64,000 nt of DNA, from contig JBPOGH010000006.1 in the NCBI GenBank assembly GCA_051252135.1, forward strand, positions 160,001 through 224,000, written 5' to 3'. The stretch is from Verrucomicrobiaceae bacterium. Its GTDB lineage: Bacteria > Verrucomicrobiota > Verrucomicrobiia > Verrucomicrobiales > Akkermansiaceae. The notes under the pieces were generated by a model, which saw only the letters and a program-made list of their open reading frames with translations, made no database searches and had not been told where the DNA came from. The translations under genes and the position numbers were made by a program. Position 1 is the first letter of the stretch. Each line of letters opens with the position of its first letter. Of the stretch, positions 1 through 9,957 are shown one piece after another.

Positions 1-297
1 CTCATGCCCCTGGTTTTCATCAATCCGACTCTGGAGTTGGGGTCGGTAAAAGAATCTTCAATGGAGGGGTGTCTGAGTATCGAGGGGATCAATGCAGAGG
101 TGAAAAGGCCGGTGGACGTAAAGGCGCATCTTGAGTTGCTGGATGGATCGACAATCATTGTTGAGACGGATGGGCTGCTATCCCGGGCGATTCAGCACGA
201 GACCGATCATCTGAATGGCGTTCTTTTCGTGGATCGTATTTCTGCAGCGGCGAAGGTCTCAATTCGCAGAAAACTAAAAAGATTAGGGGCGGGTTGA
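1..297 (+). CDS. def: Peptide deformylase (C-terminal part, begins before the window)
   Basis: EGCLS motif and QHETDHLNG (HExxH) motif of peptide deformylases. Confidence 0.93.
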   Translation, partial: LMPLVFINPTLELGSVKESSMEGCLSIEGINAEVKRPVDVKAHLELLDGSTIIVETDGLLSRAIQHETDHLNGVLFVDRISAAAKVSIRRKLKRLGAG

Positions 298-414
298 ATA
301 AATGTTTGAACATTTGGTCCAATTGACGGTCCTTATTGGTGAGTAACTAAAGATTGTTCCCTTTACTTAAGAGGTTTAAACTATTCACCAACTTAAAGCT
401 CCTGCTTCCCGATT

Positions 415-1608
415 ATGTACGCCGACCCCAATAATCCTTTTGCCGCCGCCGCTGTGCAGCCGCAGTCCAACGGCAATTCCGCGCCCAATCCATTTCAGGC
501 AGCTTCTCCGGCGCGGGAAGATTCCCCTTTTGCGGGAGTGGGGGACGAATCGCCCTTTGGATTGGTCGATTCAGGAGCCGGAAGGCCGGCAAAATTGCCC
601 GAGCGCAGGTTTCCGGAAGCGAGTGCCCAGAATGGGGCCGCGAATGGTCAGGCGACCTCCAATGGCGCTTCTCCGTTCGAACGTGCGTCATCTCCCCAGG
701 GAAGTCCGTTTGAGCCGGTAGTTGCCGGTGCTTCAGAGGGCTTTTTGGCTGAGCGACCATCGTCACCTGGTTCCGGCGGTCCATTTCAGGCGGTGGAACA
801 GAGCACGGGCGAGCGGCCCGCCGCACAACAGGCTGCTCCGCAACCCCAACATCAGGCACCCCAGCCTCAATATCAGGCACCCCAGCCCCAGTATCAGGCG
901 CCGCCGCAACAGCAGCCGCAACACGAGGCCCCTGCAGCAGCTCCGCAGATGTTTCAGCAGGCGCGCCCTGAGCAAGCTCCTGCCCAGCGTCCAAGTTCCG
1001 ATCCTTTTGCCCCGGTCAATCCCGTTGATACTGCGTTTGCCCCGGTGAGTCCGCCACCGTCCCAAGCGAACGGGAATAACGGACTTGCGGCTTATGCGAA
1101 CGGAAATCCCGGGCCAAGTGCAGCTCCCGCTCCAGCTCCGCAAAATGAGTTTGTGGTTCCCGCCGCGACTCCGGTTCAGGCGGCCCCGGCTCCTGTTCAG
1201 GCCAAACAGGAAGTTGCTCCTGCGAGGCAGGTGTCCCCGCATCAGGGACCATCCCAGGTGGCCCATGCAGGAACGCCCCAGTTGGTGCTTCGCGCAATTT
1301 TTGGAGTGAACCACGAGCTTACCGCCGATGAGATGTTGCAGCGTGCGCGGACTCTTCCCGGAGTGAGGAATCTTCGGGTCGTTGGTTCGGAGGAGGCAAA
1401 TGCGATGCGAGTCCTTCGCAACAGTGTTTCCCAGATGGGATTTGGCGATGAACATTCGATCGGCTTGAGTTCGACGGGTGGGGATGTCGACATCATTGAG
1501 GAGGAAGGGAAGACGCTTGCGGTTCTTCACGAGGATGGAGGTTATGCCGCCGGAGTGCGGGAGACCCTGATCATCGTCACGCGCGAGCTGGCCCGATTGA
1601 CTTCCTAG
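415..1608 (+). CDS. Pro/Gln/Ala-rich disordered protein with a ~105-aa C-terminal globular domain, possibly roadblock/MglB-like
   Basis: ~290 aa of low complexity with eight xxPF motifs; C-terminal segment with LPGV and an alpha/beta pattern; 12 nt upstream of an MglA-like gene. Confidence 0.6.
   Translation: MYADPNNPFAAAAVQPQSNGNSAPNPFQAASPAREDSPFAGVGDESPFGLVDSGAGRPAKLPERRFPEASAQNGAANGQATSNGASPFERASSPQGSPFEPVVAGASEGFLAERPSSPGSGGPFQAVEQSTGERPAAQQAAPQPQHQAPQPQYQAPQPQYQAPPQQQPQHEAPAAAPQMFQQARPEQAPAQRPSSDPFAPVNPVDTAFAPVSPPPSQANGNNGLAAYANGNPGPSAAPAPAPQNEFVVPAATPVQAAPAPVQAKQEVAPARQVSPHQGPSQVAHAGTPQLVLRAIFGVNHELTADEMLQRARTLPGVRNLRVVGSEEANAMRVLRNSVSQMGFGDEHSIGLSSTGGDVDIIEEEGKTLAVLHEDGGYAAGVRETLIIVTRELARLTS
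838..900 (+). repeat. Three imperfect 21-bp in-frame tandem repeats encoding PQPQ(H/Y)QA
   Basis: ccgcaaccccaacatcaggca / ccccagcctcaatatcaggca / ccccagccccagtatcaggcg. Confidence 0.85.
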
Positions 1609-1620
1609 TGCAGTAATTGT

Positions 1621-2214
1621 ATGCCGGATATTCTTGAAGGCTCTCAAGAGATTCGGGTGAAGCTTGCCCTGATGGGGCCACCGGGTGGAGGGAAGATTGA
1701 TATTCTGCGGTCGTGGTCCGAACAGGAGGGCTCGGGTCCGCTGCACCACCAGAAAGTGGGAGAGACGGACGTTTATCGGGCATCATGGAAGTGGAGCGGA
1801 GTTCCGGAGTCCGGATGGAGTCTGGGATTGAGTGCCTACACGACGGCAGGTGTGGTGGATTTTAATGCGATTACCGAGATGCTTCTCGATGGGGTGGATG
1901 GGATCATTTTTGTGGCCCCTGTTGATTCAAACCGTGCGGAGGAGATTCGAAAATCGCTTCAGACAGTGGCATTTAATTTAAAGCGCCATCATCGGCAGCT
2001 GGGAGATATTCCGGTGACGATGCATTACCATCGGTCCGAATTGATGCCGGGATTTGACCCCAAGATGCTGGATCAATTTTTGGGGATCGAGGGTGGGAAG
2101 GTCCCGAGTTTTGTGACCCGTTCCCAGGGAGACGATTTGACGGTGTCCTTCGCGTCGATTGTGCGGCAGGTGCTCAGGGGAATTACCCTTCCGTCGAAGC
2201 CGGTGAAATCCTAG
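1621..2214 (+). CDS. MglA-like small GTPase-fold protein with degenerate G motifs
   Basis: VKLALMGPPGGGK P-loop; YTTAG...LLDGVDGIIFVA matches MglA YTVPGQ...ILKGVDGVVFVAD; DIPVTMHYHRSE sits where MglA has IPxVIQYNKRD. Confidence 0.75.
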   Translation: MPDILEGSQEIRVKLALMGPPGGGKIDILRSWSEQEGSGPLHHQKVGETDVYRASWKWSGVPESGWSLGLSAYTTAGVVDFNAITEMLLDGVDGIIFVAPVDSNRAEEIRKSLQTVAFNLKRHHRQLGDIPVTMHYHRSELMPGFDPKMLDQFLGIEGGKVPSFVTRSQGDDLTVSFASIVRQVLRGITLPSKPVKS

Positions 2215-2224
2215 GGTCGGGGCC

Positions 2225-5200
2225 GTGGGCAATTGGCATGTTCGAATCGACGTAGGAGGAACGTTCACGGATGGCTGGGCAAAAAGTCCGGGGGGGGAGA
2301 TCTTTCGTTGTAAGGTGCTCTCGTCGGGAGTTCTGCGATCGCGGGTGGTGGAGGTGTCGTCCAACGGTTGGATACGCTGCGAACGATCATTTTGTGATCA
2401 TCGGGACGGGCTCAAGGGGTATGGGGTGAGCGGGGGAGGCGCTATTCTGGAATCGAAGGGGGCGCATCTGAAGGTGGCTGGAGTCGGGGTCGAGGTCGAT
2501 GAGGTGATCGAGCTATCGACGGGGGAGGATGCACCGGTGGTGGCTGCGAGATTGCTAACCGGAACCCAGGCGGGAGGGGAGTTTCCGAGCTGTGATCTTC
2601 GGGTGGCAACGACCCGTGGGACGAATGCTCTTTTGGAAGGCAAAGGGGGGAGAGTGGCTCTTTTGACGACGAGGGGATTTGAGGACTTGTTGAGGATTCG
2701 GGATCAGCGGAGGCCTGATCTTTTTGAGCGGGAACCCAAGGTGGGGAAGATGGTTTTTGAAGTGGTGAGGGGAGTCGGCGGGCGATTGGATCGGGGCGGC
2801 AATGAGTTGGTGCCATTGGATGAGGACTCGGTGGTGCGGGCGGCCGGGGAGTTCAAGTCAATGGGGATTGATCATGTTGCGGTTTCACTGCTGCATGCGG
2901 ATCGTAATTGCCGCCATGAGCGGCGGGTGGGAGAGCTTTTACGACGGGAGGGCATCGGGAAGGTGAGTCTGTCGCATGAGATCGCGCCGGTGATCCGGTT
3001 ATTGCCCCGGACCGAGACGGTGGTGGCAAACGCTTATCTTGAACCGGTGATCGGTGCGTTCACAGATCATCTGAAGAAGAGGCTGCCGGAGGTCCCGTTG
3101 TCCTTGATGACGAGTGCGGGGCAGTTGAAGGAGGTGTCACGATTTCGGCCGATTGATAGTTTGTTGAGTGGTCCGGCGGGAGGGGTGGCGGGAGCGCTGG
3201 CGATTGGTGGTGGTGGTGATTTGTTGACCTTCGATATGGGGGGGACGAGTACGGATGTGGCTCGGGTCTCCGGAGAGGCGGGTCTGCGCTATGAGCAAGA
3301 GATTGGACCGGTGCGGGTGTTGGCTCCTGCGGTGAGAATCGAGACGGTGGCTGCGGGCGGGGGGTCGATTTGCCAGTGGCGGAATGGGGGGCTGGAGGTG
3401 GGTCCGGAGAGTGCGGGCTCAACCCCGGGGCCGGCGTGTTACGGAAGTGGGGGGCCGTTGACGGTGACGGACGTGAATCTTTTGCTGGGGTTGATGGATG
3501 AGGGAAAGGCGGGGATTCCGTTGGATCGTGGTGCTGCGGAAGATCGTCTTGGAGAGTTGATGGAGGAGATTGGAGACACGGCGGGATCACGGGATGAATT
3601 GCTGGGAGGTCTGAGGCAGATTGCGATTGAGCATATGGCGGAGGCGATGCGGCAGGTATCGACCCGGGATGGATACGATTGCCGGGATCACACGTTGGTG
3701 GCCTTTGGGGGGGCGGGGCCGCAGCATGCGTGTGCGTTGGCGGGTGCGTTGGGGATGGAGCGGGTCTTGATTCCGGGGGATGCGGGCTTGCTGAGTGCGT
3801 GGGGATTGCATCGGTCCCGGCACCGGGAGATCGCGGTGCGACAGGTGTTGGCTCCACTGAAAATGATGAAGGGGGGATTGGTGGAGGAGTTGGAAGGGGA
3901 GGCTTTTGATTTGTTGGGGCAGGAGGGGGAAGTGGTCCGGGTGTTGTTTGAATTGAGGCTCAAGGGGCAGGATTCGACTCTGGAAGTGGAGGGGGTCGAG
4001 CGGGTGGCAGAGAAATTTGAGGTGCAATATGAGGCGGTCTACGGATTTGGCATTCCGGAGGGGCGGATGATTGAGCTGGTGGCGGTGCGGGTGGAAGTAG
4101 CTGCTCCGGGTGAGTCCGGGCCGGAGGAGGCTTTTGAAGAAGGCGAGGTGACGGGAGAGGTGCGAATCATTCAGGATTCGTTTGCGACCACGGTGGTGGA
4201 AAGAGGCTGGCGGGTTCGGGAGGGAAGTCTGGGGTCACTATTGCTGGAAAAGGTGGGTGAGGTGGGGAGGCGAGTTGAGAATTCTCCTGCGGTGCAGGAT
4301 GAATTGTTCCGGAGACGATTCGAATCCATCGTCAATGAGATGGGGGTGTTGCTGAAGCGGACGGCGCTCTCGACCAATATCAAGGAGCGGTTGGACTATT
4401 CCTGTGCTTTGTTGGATGCCCGCGGGTATCTGGTGGTGAATGCGCCTCATATTCCGGTGCACCTGGGCGCCTTGGGATTGTGCGTGCGGATGGTTTCGGG
4501 GGAGCGGGAGTGGGAAGAGGGGGATGTGGTGGTGGTGAATCATCCGGCGTTTGGGGGCTCGCACCTTCCTGATGTGACGGTGATCAGTCCGGTCTTTGTG
4601 GACGGGGAGCTGTGCGGGTTTGTGGCGAATCGGGCGCACCATGCGGAGATAGGTGGAAAGACTCCGGGATCGATGCCGCCGGATGCGAGGTGTTTGGCTG
4701 AAGAAGGGATTGTGATTCCACCGACTTTACTGAGTGAGATCGGGGATGGGTTTTGGAGTGAGTCGAGATCGCCGAATGATAACCAGGCGGATTTGGCGGC
4801 GCAGGTGGCGGCAAATCGTCACGGGGTGAAGGCCTTGAAGGAGTTAATTTCCCAAAGTTCGGTGGAGAATGTGAGTGCGCGAATGGAGGGGCTTTATCGA
4901 CGCTCGTCCGAGCTGTTGGAGATGTCGAAGGGGGAGGGTGTTTACGAGGCCCGCGATGTGCTTGATGACGGCACGGTGATTGCAGTGAGGGTGGAGTGGG
5001 GGGATCGCTTGCGGGTGGATTTTTCGGGATCGGGCGGGGTTCATCCGCGAAATTTGAATGCGACTCCCGCGATTGTGAGGAGTGCGGTGCTTTATGTGCT
5101 GAGATTATGGGTGGGGGAGGATATTCCTTTGAATGAGGGGCTGCTCGAGGAGTGTGAAATCATCATTCCCGAGGGGGTGTTGAATCCTCCGTTGTCGGTC

Positions 5201-5782
5201 AATCCCGAGGAGTGTCCGGCGGTGGTGGGGGGAAATGTGGAGACGAGCCAGCGGGTGGTGGATGTGTTGCTGGAGGCATTGGGAATGCAGGCCAATGGGC
5301 AGGGGACGATGAACAATCTGCTTTTTGGAAATGAGCATTTTGGGTTTTATGAGACCTTGGGTGGTGGAGGAGGGGCGGGTCCGGGGTGGGGTGGGCGGAG
5401 TGGGGCGCACGTTCACATGAGCAATACGGCGGTGACGGATCCGGAGGTGCTGGAAGCGCGGTATCCGGTGAGGATCAGGGAGTTTGCTCTGCGAAGTGGA
5501 AGCGGGGGAGAGGGGGCATTTCCGGGAGGGGATGGGTTGGTCCGTGAGATTGAGTTTTTGGAAGGGATGACGGTGTCGTTGCTGACGCAGCGTCGGGACA
5601 CGGCGCCGAGGGGGATGGGAGGCGGTGGTGATGGCCTGGCTGGAAAGCAGTGGTTGAAGCGCAACGGAGAAGTGGAGTGGAAGGCGTTAAAGAATATCAC
5701 CGTGATTGAGGTCAATCTCGGTGATGCGTTGCGCCTGGAGACTCCGGGCGGGGGAGGATGGGGGAAGCGGATTACTTCTTAA
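2225..5782 (+). CDS. Fused hydantoinase A/B / ATP-dependent 5-oxoprolinase family protein
   Basis: IDVGGTFTD, SGPAGG, DMGGTSTD, VAAGGGS, STNIKERLDYSCA, HIPVHLG and GGNVETSQR motifs. Confidence 0.93.
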   Translation: MGNWHVRIDVGGTFTDGWAKSPGGEIFRCKVLSSGVLRSRVVEVSSNGWIRCERSFCDHRDGLKGYGVSGGGAILESKGAHLKVAGVGVEVDEVIELSTGEDAPVVAARLLTGTQAGGEFPSCDLRVATTRGTNALLEGKGGRVALLTTRGFEDLLRIRDQRRPDLFEREPKVGKMVFEVVRGVGGRLDRGGNELVPLDEDSVVRAAGEFKSMGIDHVAVSLLHADRNCRHERRVGELLRREGIGKVSLSHEIAPVIRLLPRTETVVANAYLEPVIGAFTDHLKKRLPEVPLSLMTSAGQLKEVSRFRPIDSLLSGPAGGVAGALAIGGGGDLLTFDMGGTSTDVARVSGEAGLRYEQEIGPVRVLAPAVRIETVAAGGGSICQWRNGGLEVGPESAGSTPGPACYGSGGPLTVTDVNLLLGLMDEGKAGIPLDRGAAEDRLGELMEEIGDTAGSRDELLGGLRQIAIEHMAEAMRQVSTRDGYDCRDHTLVAFGGAGPQHACALAGALGMERVLIPGDAGLLSAWGLHRSRHREIAVRQVLAPLKMMKGGLVEELEGEAFDLLGQEGEVVRVLFELRLKGQDSTLEVEGVERVAEKFEVQYEAVYGFGIPEGRMIELVAVRVEVAAPGESGPEEAFEEGEVTGEVRIIQDSFATTVVERGWRVREGSLGSLLLEKVGEVGRRVENSPAVQDELFRRRFESIVNEMGVLLKRTALSTNIKERLDYSCALLDARGYLVVNAPHIPVHLGALGLCVRMVSGEREWEEGDVVVVNHPAFGGSHLPDVTVISPVFVDGELCGFVANRAHHAEIGGKTPGSMPPDARCLAEEGIVIPPTLLSEIGDGFWSESRSPNDNQADLAAQVAANRHGVKALKELISQSSVENVSARMEGLYRRSSELLEMSKGEGVYEARDVLDDGTVIAVRVEWGDRLRVDFSGSGGVHPRNLNATPAIVRSAVLYVLRLWVGEDIPLNEGLLEECEIIIPEGVLNPPLSVNPEECPAVVGGNVETSQRVVDVLLEALGMQANGQGTMNNLLFGNEHFGFYETLGGGGGAGPGWGGRSGAHVHMSNTAVTDPEVLEARYPVRIREFALRSGSGGEGAFPGGDGLVREIEFLEGMTVSLLTQRRDTAPRGMGGGGDGLAGKQWLKRNGEVEWKALKNITVIEVNLGDALRLETPGGGGWGKRITS

Positions 5783-8081
5783 AGTCTGCTTCGCTGTACA
5801 TCTGGTTGTTGCGTGCCTCGGTGTCCTTTCGGATGTTGGTGACCGTTTCGGCGGTTACGAGGGAAGCGCGGTTCTCCCAGCCGCTGCGGATGAAGGTGGC
5901 GATATCGGCAATGTCCGCATCGGAGATGGTGGGGTTTTGACCGAGGCCGGGCATGAAGGCCTGGGGGGTGAATTTTTTGCCATTGATGTGGATGGGGCCC
6001 TGGAGGCCGTGGAGGAGGATTTTTACAAGACGGTCCTCGGGGCCGGTGACCCAATCCGAGGCGTTGAGGGTGGGGCCGAGGTTGGGGAGGCCTTCGCCAT
6101 CGGGTCCGTGACAGCCGATGCAGGCGGCTTTTCCGAGGTAGATTTCCTGACCGCGCTTGTAGGAGGCGAGGTGGAGGCCTTTGAGGAGGCTGGCGGGATC
6201 GACTTCCTTTTTTGGTCCATTGAGGGTGTCTTTCATCCAGGCGTCGAATTGCTTGTCCTTGAATCTGCCATCATTGGCGGCGACGAAGAGCTTGCCGTGA
6301 TGGCCTTGTCCGGCGATGGCGGCCTCGCGAACGAAGGCTGCTTTTTTGTGTTTGGAGAGGAGATCAACGAGGGCTTCCTGGGCTTCCGCAACGGGGATGG
6401 TGGCGAGGAGGCGGGCCTTGTAGGGGAGGATGGCAGGGGTCTCGGGGAGGCTGCTGGCGACCGGGGTCAGGTGGGATAGCTCAGCGCGAGGAAGGGAGAG
6501 CGCGGCATAGGCTGCGGAGGCGGTGAGGTCCTCGTTAGCGGATTCGATGGCGGCGTTGATATCGGCGGTGTTGAGAACGCCGAGTCCTTCGAGGGTCCAG
6601 ACTGCGTGGGCCTTGGAGTGGGCGGGGAAGTCGCCACGGATGAGCTTGCGAAGGAAGGGGATGGCATCGGCCGCTTTGCGGTTGAGGATTTCCTTTTGGG
6701 CGAGATCACGGTGGGTGCCGTTTCCTGAGAGGAGGGCCATGGCGAGGGCTTTGGCATCGGCCTCGGCGAGGTTTGCCATGGGCTTGAGGGGCTGGTTTTT
6801 TGCTTTGACGCGATAGATGCGGCCGTGTCCGAAGCCCGGGCCCTCGAGTCCGCGGCTCAGAGTCTGGCGGCGGAGGTAGGTGGTCATGTAGGTCTTGTGC
6901 TGGATGATGCCGTGATACATGTCGAGAATGTAGAGGCTGCCATCAGGCGCGGTGTAGGCGTTGACGGGACGGAAGCGCTCGTCGGCGGAGGTGAGGAAGT
7001 CTTTACCTTTGATGGGGTGGGTGCCGGTGACTTTGCCGCCGGTGTGAGAGACCTCGATGGCTTTGACCAATTGGGCGGAAGATTCACAGACGAAGGCCCA
7101 GTTTTGATATTGGGCGGGGAATTGGTCACCGCGGTAGATGACGGGGCCGCAGGCTCCGGTGGCGTTGGTGAGCTTGAAGGTTTTGGGATTGATGGTGTTG
7201 CTATCGTATCCGTTGTGGGAGGAGATGTAGGCGCGGTTGAGGCCGGGGGTGACGCGTCCGGGGAAGACGGCGTTGGAACCGGCGCGGCTGGAGATGTTGG
7301 TCTTGATTTTGACGGCGTCATTTCCAAGGAGAAGGTTGGGCATGATGCGGTCGCCAATCAGCAAGGTGCTGTTGGAGTTATGGTAGAGGCGGCCGAAGTT
7401 GTCCTGGGAGATGCCCCATTGGCCACGGAAGGTGGTTTTTTGAGAGACGAGTTTTCCATCGATCCACTTGTATCGGGTGTCGGACTTGGCGTTGTACATC
7501 CAGTTGTCGAGAGCGGGCATCATGCCGTTGGGCTTGTGCTCGACGTTGCCTCCTTTGGCATAGGTTTGATCGACGATGACGGGGTCACCCTTTGGCTTGT
7601 CGCCATCACGCGCGACGAAGTAGAGGCTTTCCTGATCGGCGAAGAGAACGCCATTGGGGACGAGGGCGATGGAGCGAGGGAGGAGGAGTTTTTCGAGGAA
7701 GACGGTGCGCTTGTCTACCGAGCCGTCACCGGTGGTGTCCTCGAGGATGACGATGCGGCCTTCGGGGATGTCCTCGGTGGTGCCGTCAATGTCTGCCATG
7801 TAGCCACGCATTTCGGTGACCCACATTCGGCCCCGATTATCGAAGGTGAGGGCGACGGGTTTATCGACGAGAGGTTCTGCAACGACCGCTTCGATGGTGA
7901 AGTCCGGATGGATGGTGAAGGACTTGAGGGCGTCCTCAACGGAGAGGACGGGAGCTTTTGGAATGAGAACCTCCGGCACGATGTCGCCCATTTTGTCATG
8001 GTTCTTGTTGTCGCCATTTTGGGCGACGGCCACGGTGGTGGCAGCGGTAAAGAGGAGAGCTGTCAGTGAGCGAAATGTCAT
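5772..8081 (-). CDS. PVC-type membrane-bound dehydrogenase domain protein with C-terminal cytochrome c
   Basis: Signal peptide, beta-propeller-like N-terminal region (FDNRGRMWVTEM, FRPVNAYTAPDGSLYILDMY), helical repeats, CIGCH heme motif and a distal Met (MPG). Confidence 0.85.
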   Translation of the reverse strand: MTFRSLTALLFTAATTVAVAQNGDNKNHDKMGDIVPEVLIPKAPVLSVEDALKSFTIHPDFTIEAVVAEPLVDKPVALTFDNRGRMWVTEMRGYMADIDGTTEDIPEGRIVILEDTTGDGSVDKRTVFLEKLLLPRSIALVPNGVLFADQESLYFVARDGDKPKGDPVIVDQTYAKGGNVEHKPNGMMPALDNWMYNAKSDTRYKWIDGKLVSQKTTFRGQWGISQDNFGRLYHNSNSTLLIGDRIMPNLLLGNDAVKIKTNISSRAGSNAVFPGRVTPGLNRAYISSHNGYDSNTINPKTFKLTNATGACGPVIYRGDQFPAQYQNWAFVCESSAQLVKAIEVSHTGGKVTGTHPIKGKDFLTSADERFRPVNAYTAPDGSLYILDMYHGIIQHKTYMTTYLRRQTLSRGLEGPGFGHGRIYRVKAKNQPLKPMANLAEADAKALAMALLSGNGTHRDLAQKEILNRKAADAIPFLRKLIRGDFPAHSKAHAVWTLEGLGVLNTADINAAIESANEDLTASAAYAALSLPRAELSHLTPVASSLPETPAILPYKARLLATIPVAEAQEALVDLLSKHKKAAFVREAAIAGQGHHGKLFVAANDGRFKDKQFDAWMKDTLNGPKKEVDPASLLKGLHLASYKRGQEIYLGKAACIGCHGPDGEGLPNLGPTLNASDWVTGPEDRLVKILLHGLQGPIHINGKKFTPQAFMPGLGQNPTISDADIADIATFIRSGWENRASLVTAETVTNIRKDTEARNNQMYSEADFKK

Positions 8082-8111
8082 TGGTTTTTCTACGTTGCGA
8101 GGTGATGGAAC

Positions 8112-8891
8112 CTAACGTTGAAATCCGCGCAAAGCAAAAAAGGATTTCGTGTTTTCAATGCATTGATCGACAGGGAGTTTGGTGCTTTTTGCCACCTCCC
8201 GGCAGATGGAGGGAAGATTGGCCGGGTGATTGAGTTCCGGAAGGGGGTGTGAAATGGCGCGGGAGGGCGGAAGCATGTCGGGTGCGTCGGTCTCGAGGAG
8301 GATGCGCTCCGGGGGGATGGTGTTGAAGATCTGGAGTTGGGCCTTTTTTCGGTCGTGGAGGAAGTATCCGGAGATGGAGAAATAGGCGCCGAGTCCGGTG
8401 AGTTGGGCGGCGACCTCTGCGGAGCCTCCGAAGGAGTGGAGGAGAAATGGTGGAAGTGAAGTGAGGGAGTGCAGGGTATCGAGGAGTGCGCCCCAGGCTT
8501 TGAGGCAGTGGATGGTGCAGGGGCGGTTGAGATCGCGGGCGAGCTCGAGTTGGGTTTCGAAGACTTCGCGTTGGGCGGGGTCGGGATTTTTGATCCAACG
8601 GTCGAGGCCGCATTCTCCGACGGCGGCATTTGGGAAACGGGAGAGGTAGTCGCGAAGGGTGGAGAGCCAGTCCGGGGAGTGGGAGCCGACCTTCCAGGGG
8701 TGAAGTCCGAAGGAGGGGATGATGAAGCCGGGGTGGTTTTCGGCGAGTTGGGCGACCGCAGGCCAGTCGTGCTCGCCGGTTCCATTGACAACGCAGGCGG
8801 CGATGCCCGCGGCTTTCATTTCTTTGATCAGGGTTTCCTGTTGTCCTGCGAACCGTGGGTCTTGAAGATGATTGTGAGCATCAATCAGCAT
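8112..8891 (-). CDS. tatD: TatD family hydrolase
   Basis: IDAHNH, GLHPW, VGECGLD and LLETDAP motifs. Confidence 0.9.
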   Translation of the reverse strand: MLIDAHNHLQDPRFAGQQETLIKEMKAAGIAACVVNGTGEHDWPAVAQLAENHPGFIIPSFGLHPWKVGSHSPDWLSTLRDYLSRFPNAAVGECGLDRWIKNPDPAQREVFETQLELARDLNRPCTIHCLKAWGALLDTLHSLTSLPPFLLHSFGGSAEVAAQLTGLGAYFSISGYFLHDRKKAQLQIFNTIPPERILLETDAPDMLPPSRAISHPLPELNHPANLPSICREVAKSTKLPVDQCIENTKSFFALRGFQR

Positions 8892-9954
8892 GGTGTGGGT
8901 CGTGCGCGGCGATTAGCGAAGTGGCCGCTTCTTCAAAGACGGTGGAGGTGAAAGCGGGGAGGGAAAGCTGATGAGAGGGGGGGAGGTAGACGGATTCTTC
9001 CGAACCGGGGTCCCGGTAGACGAGGTCGTAGTGGTCAACGAGGATGGATTCGAGAAAGGCGGTCCAATCTCCGGAGTCGATCTGGGTGTGCCAGCGGTCG
9101 ACCTGTCCGTGTCCGCGAAGTCGCCGGAGTCCGTCGAGTTGGGTTTTCAGGCGATCGGGGTCATCGAGGAAGTGGGGGTAGTCGGAGGCGAGGAAGCGGG
9201 CCCGATCCGGAAGGGGGAGGCTGACCTTGATGACCTCTGCCTCGCGGAGACGTTTCCAGAGGGGGCCGGGGCAGTGGAGGCTGCCGATGCGGTTGGACTC
9301 GGCCTCGGTGAAGACGGGGCGGTCGGGGTTGTAGTGCCGGAAGTCCTGCCAGAGTTTGCGTTCGAAGGCTTTTTGGCCGGGTTGCTCGCCGGTGGCGGGG
9401 TCACCGAGGATGGAGCCTTTGTGGTTGGCGTGACCTTCGAGGTCGAGGACTTGCGCGCCTTGTTCCTTAAGGGCGTGAAGGAGTTTTGTTTTCCCGCAAC
9501 CGGTGAGTCCGGCGAGAACGATGAGGGGTGGTTGTTCGCGGGAGAGGACGTTTTTCAGGTCGGTGATGAGCCACTTGCGCCAGGCTTTGTATCCGCCTTC
9601 GATGACACGGGAGCGCCATCCGATGGAACGGAAGATGAGGGCCATCGATTGGGAGCGGAGGTTGCCGCGCCAGCAGTAGATGAGGGGGGCGTAGTCCCGG
9701 GGTTTGTTGGCGAGATATCCCTCGAGGTGATGGTGGATGTTTTTGGTGATGAGGGTGGCGCCGAGGCGACGGGCGGCGAAGGGGTCCTGGGCGTGGAGGA
9801 GCCCGACGTGGTGCCGCTCCTCGTCCGAGAGGACGGGGAGGTTGATGGCACCGGGAAGGTGGTCCTCCCGGAATTCGGCTGGTGCGCGGACGTCGATGAT
9901 CTCGTGGAACTCATCGAGATCGAGTGGGAGGCTGACACGTTCCGGCAGTTCCAT
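8881..9954 (-). CDS. mnmH: tRNA 2-selenouridine(34) synthase
   Basis: Rhodanese domain (IDVRAPAEF, YCWRGNLRS), P-loop GLTGCGKT, LDLEGHANHKGS and EAESNRIG. Confidence 0.92.
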   Translation of the reverse strand: MELPERVSLPLDLDEFHEIIDVRAPAEFREDHLPGAINLPVLSDEERHHVGLLHAQDPFAARRLGATLITKNIHHHLEGYLANKPRDYAPLIYCWRGNLRSQSMALIFRSIGWRSRVIEGGYKAWRKWLITDLKNVLSREQPPLIVLAGLTGCGKTKLLHALKEQGAQVLDLEGHANHKGSILGDPATGEQPGQKAFERKLWQDFRHYNPDRPVFTEAESNRIGSLHCPGPLWKRLREAEVIKVSLPLPDRARFLASDYPHFLDDPDRLKTQLDGLRRLRGHGQVDRWHTQIDSGDWTAFLESILVDHYDLVYRDPGSEESVYLPPSHQLSLPAFTSTVFEEAATSLIAAHDPHHAD

Positions 9955-9957
9955 CTT

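Noticed and set aside
838..900. 21-bp repeats as a CRISPR-like array
   Set aside because: No spacers, in-frame coding repeat, and no cas genes in the window
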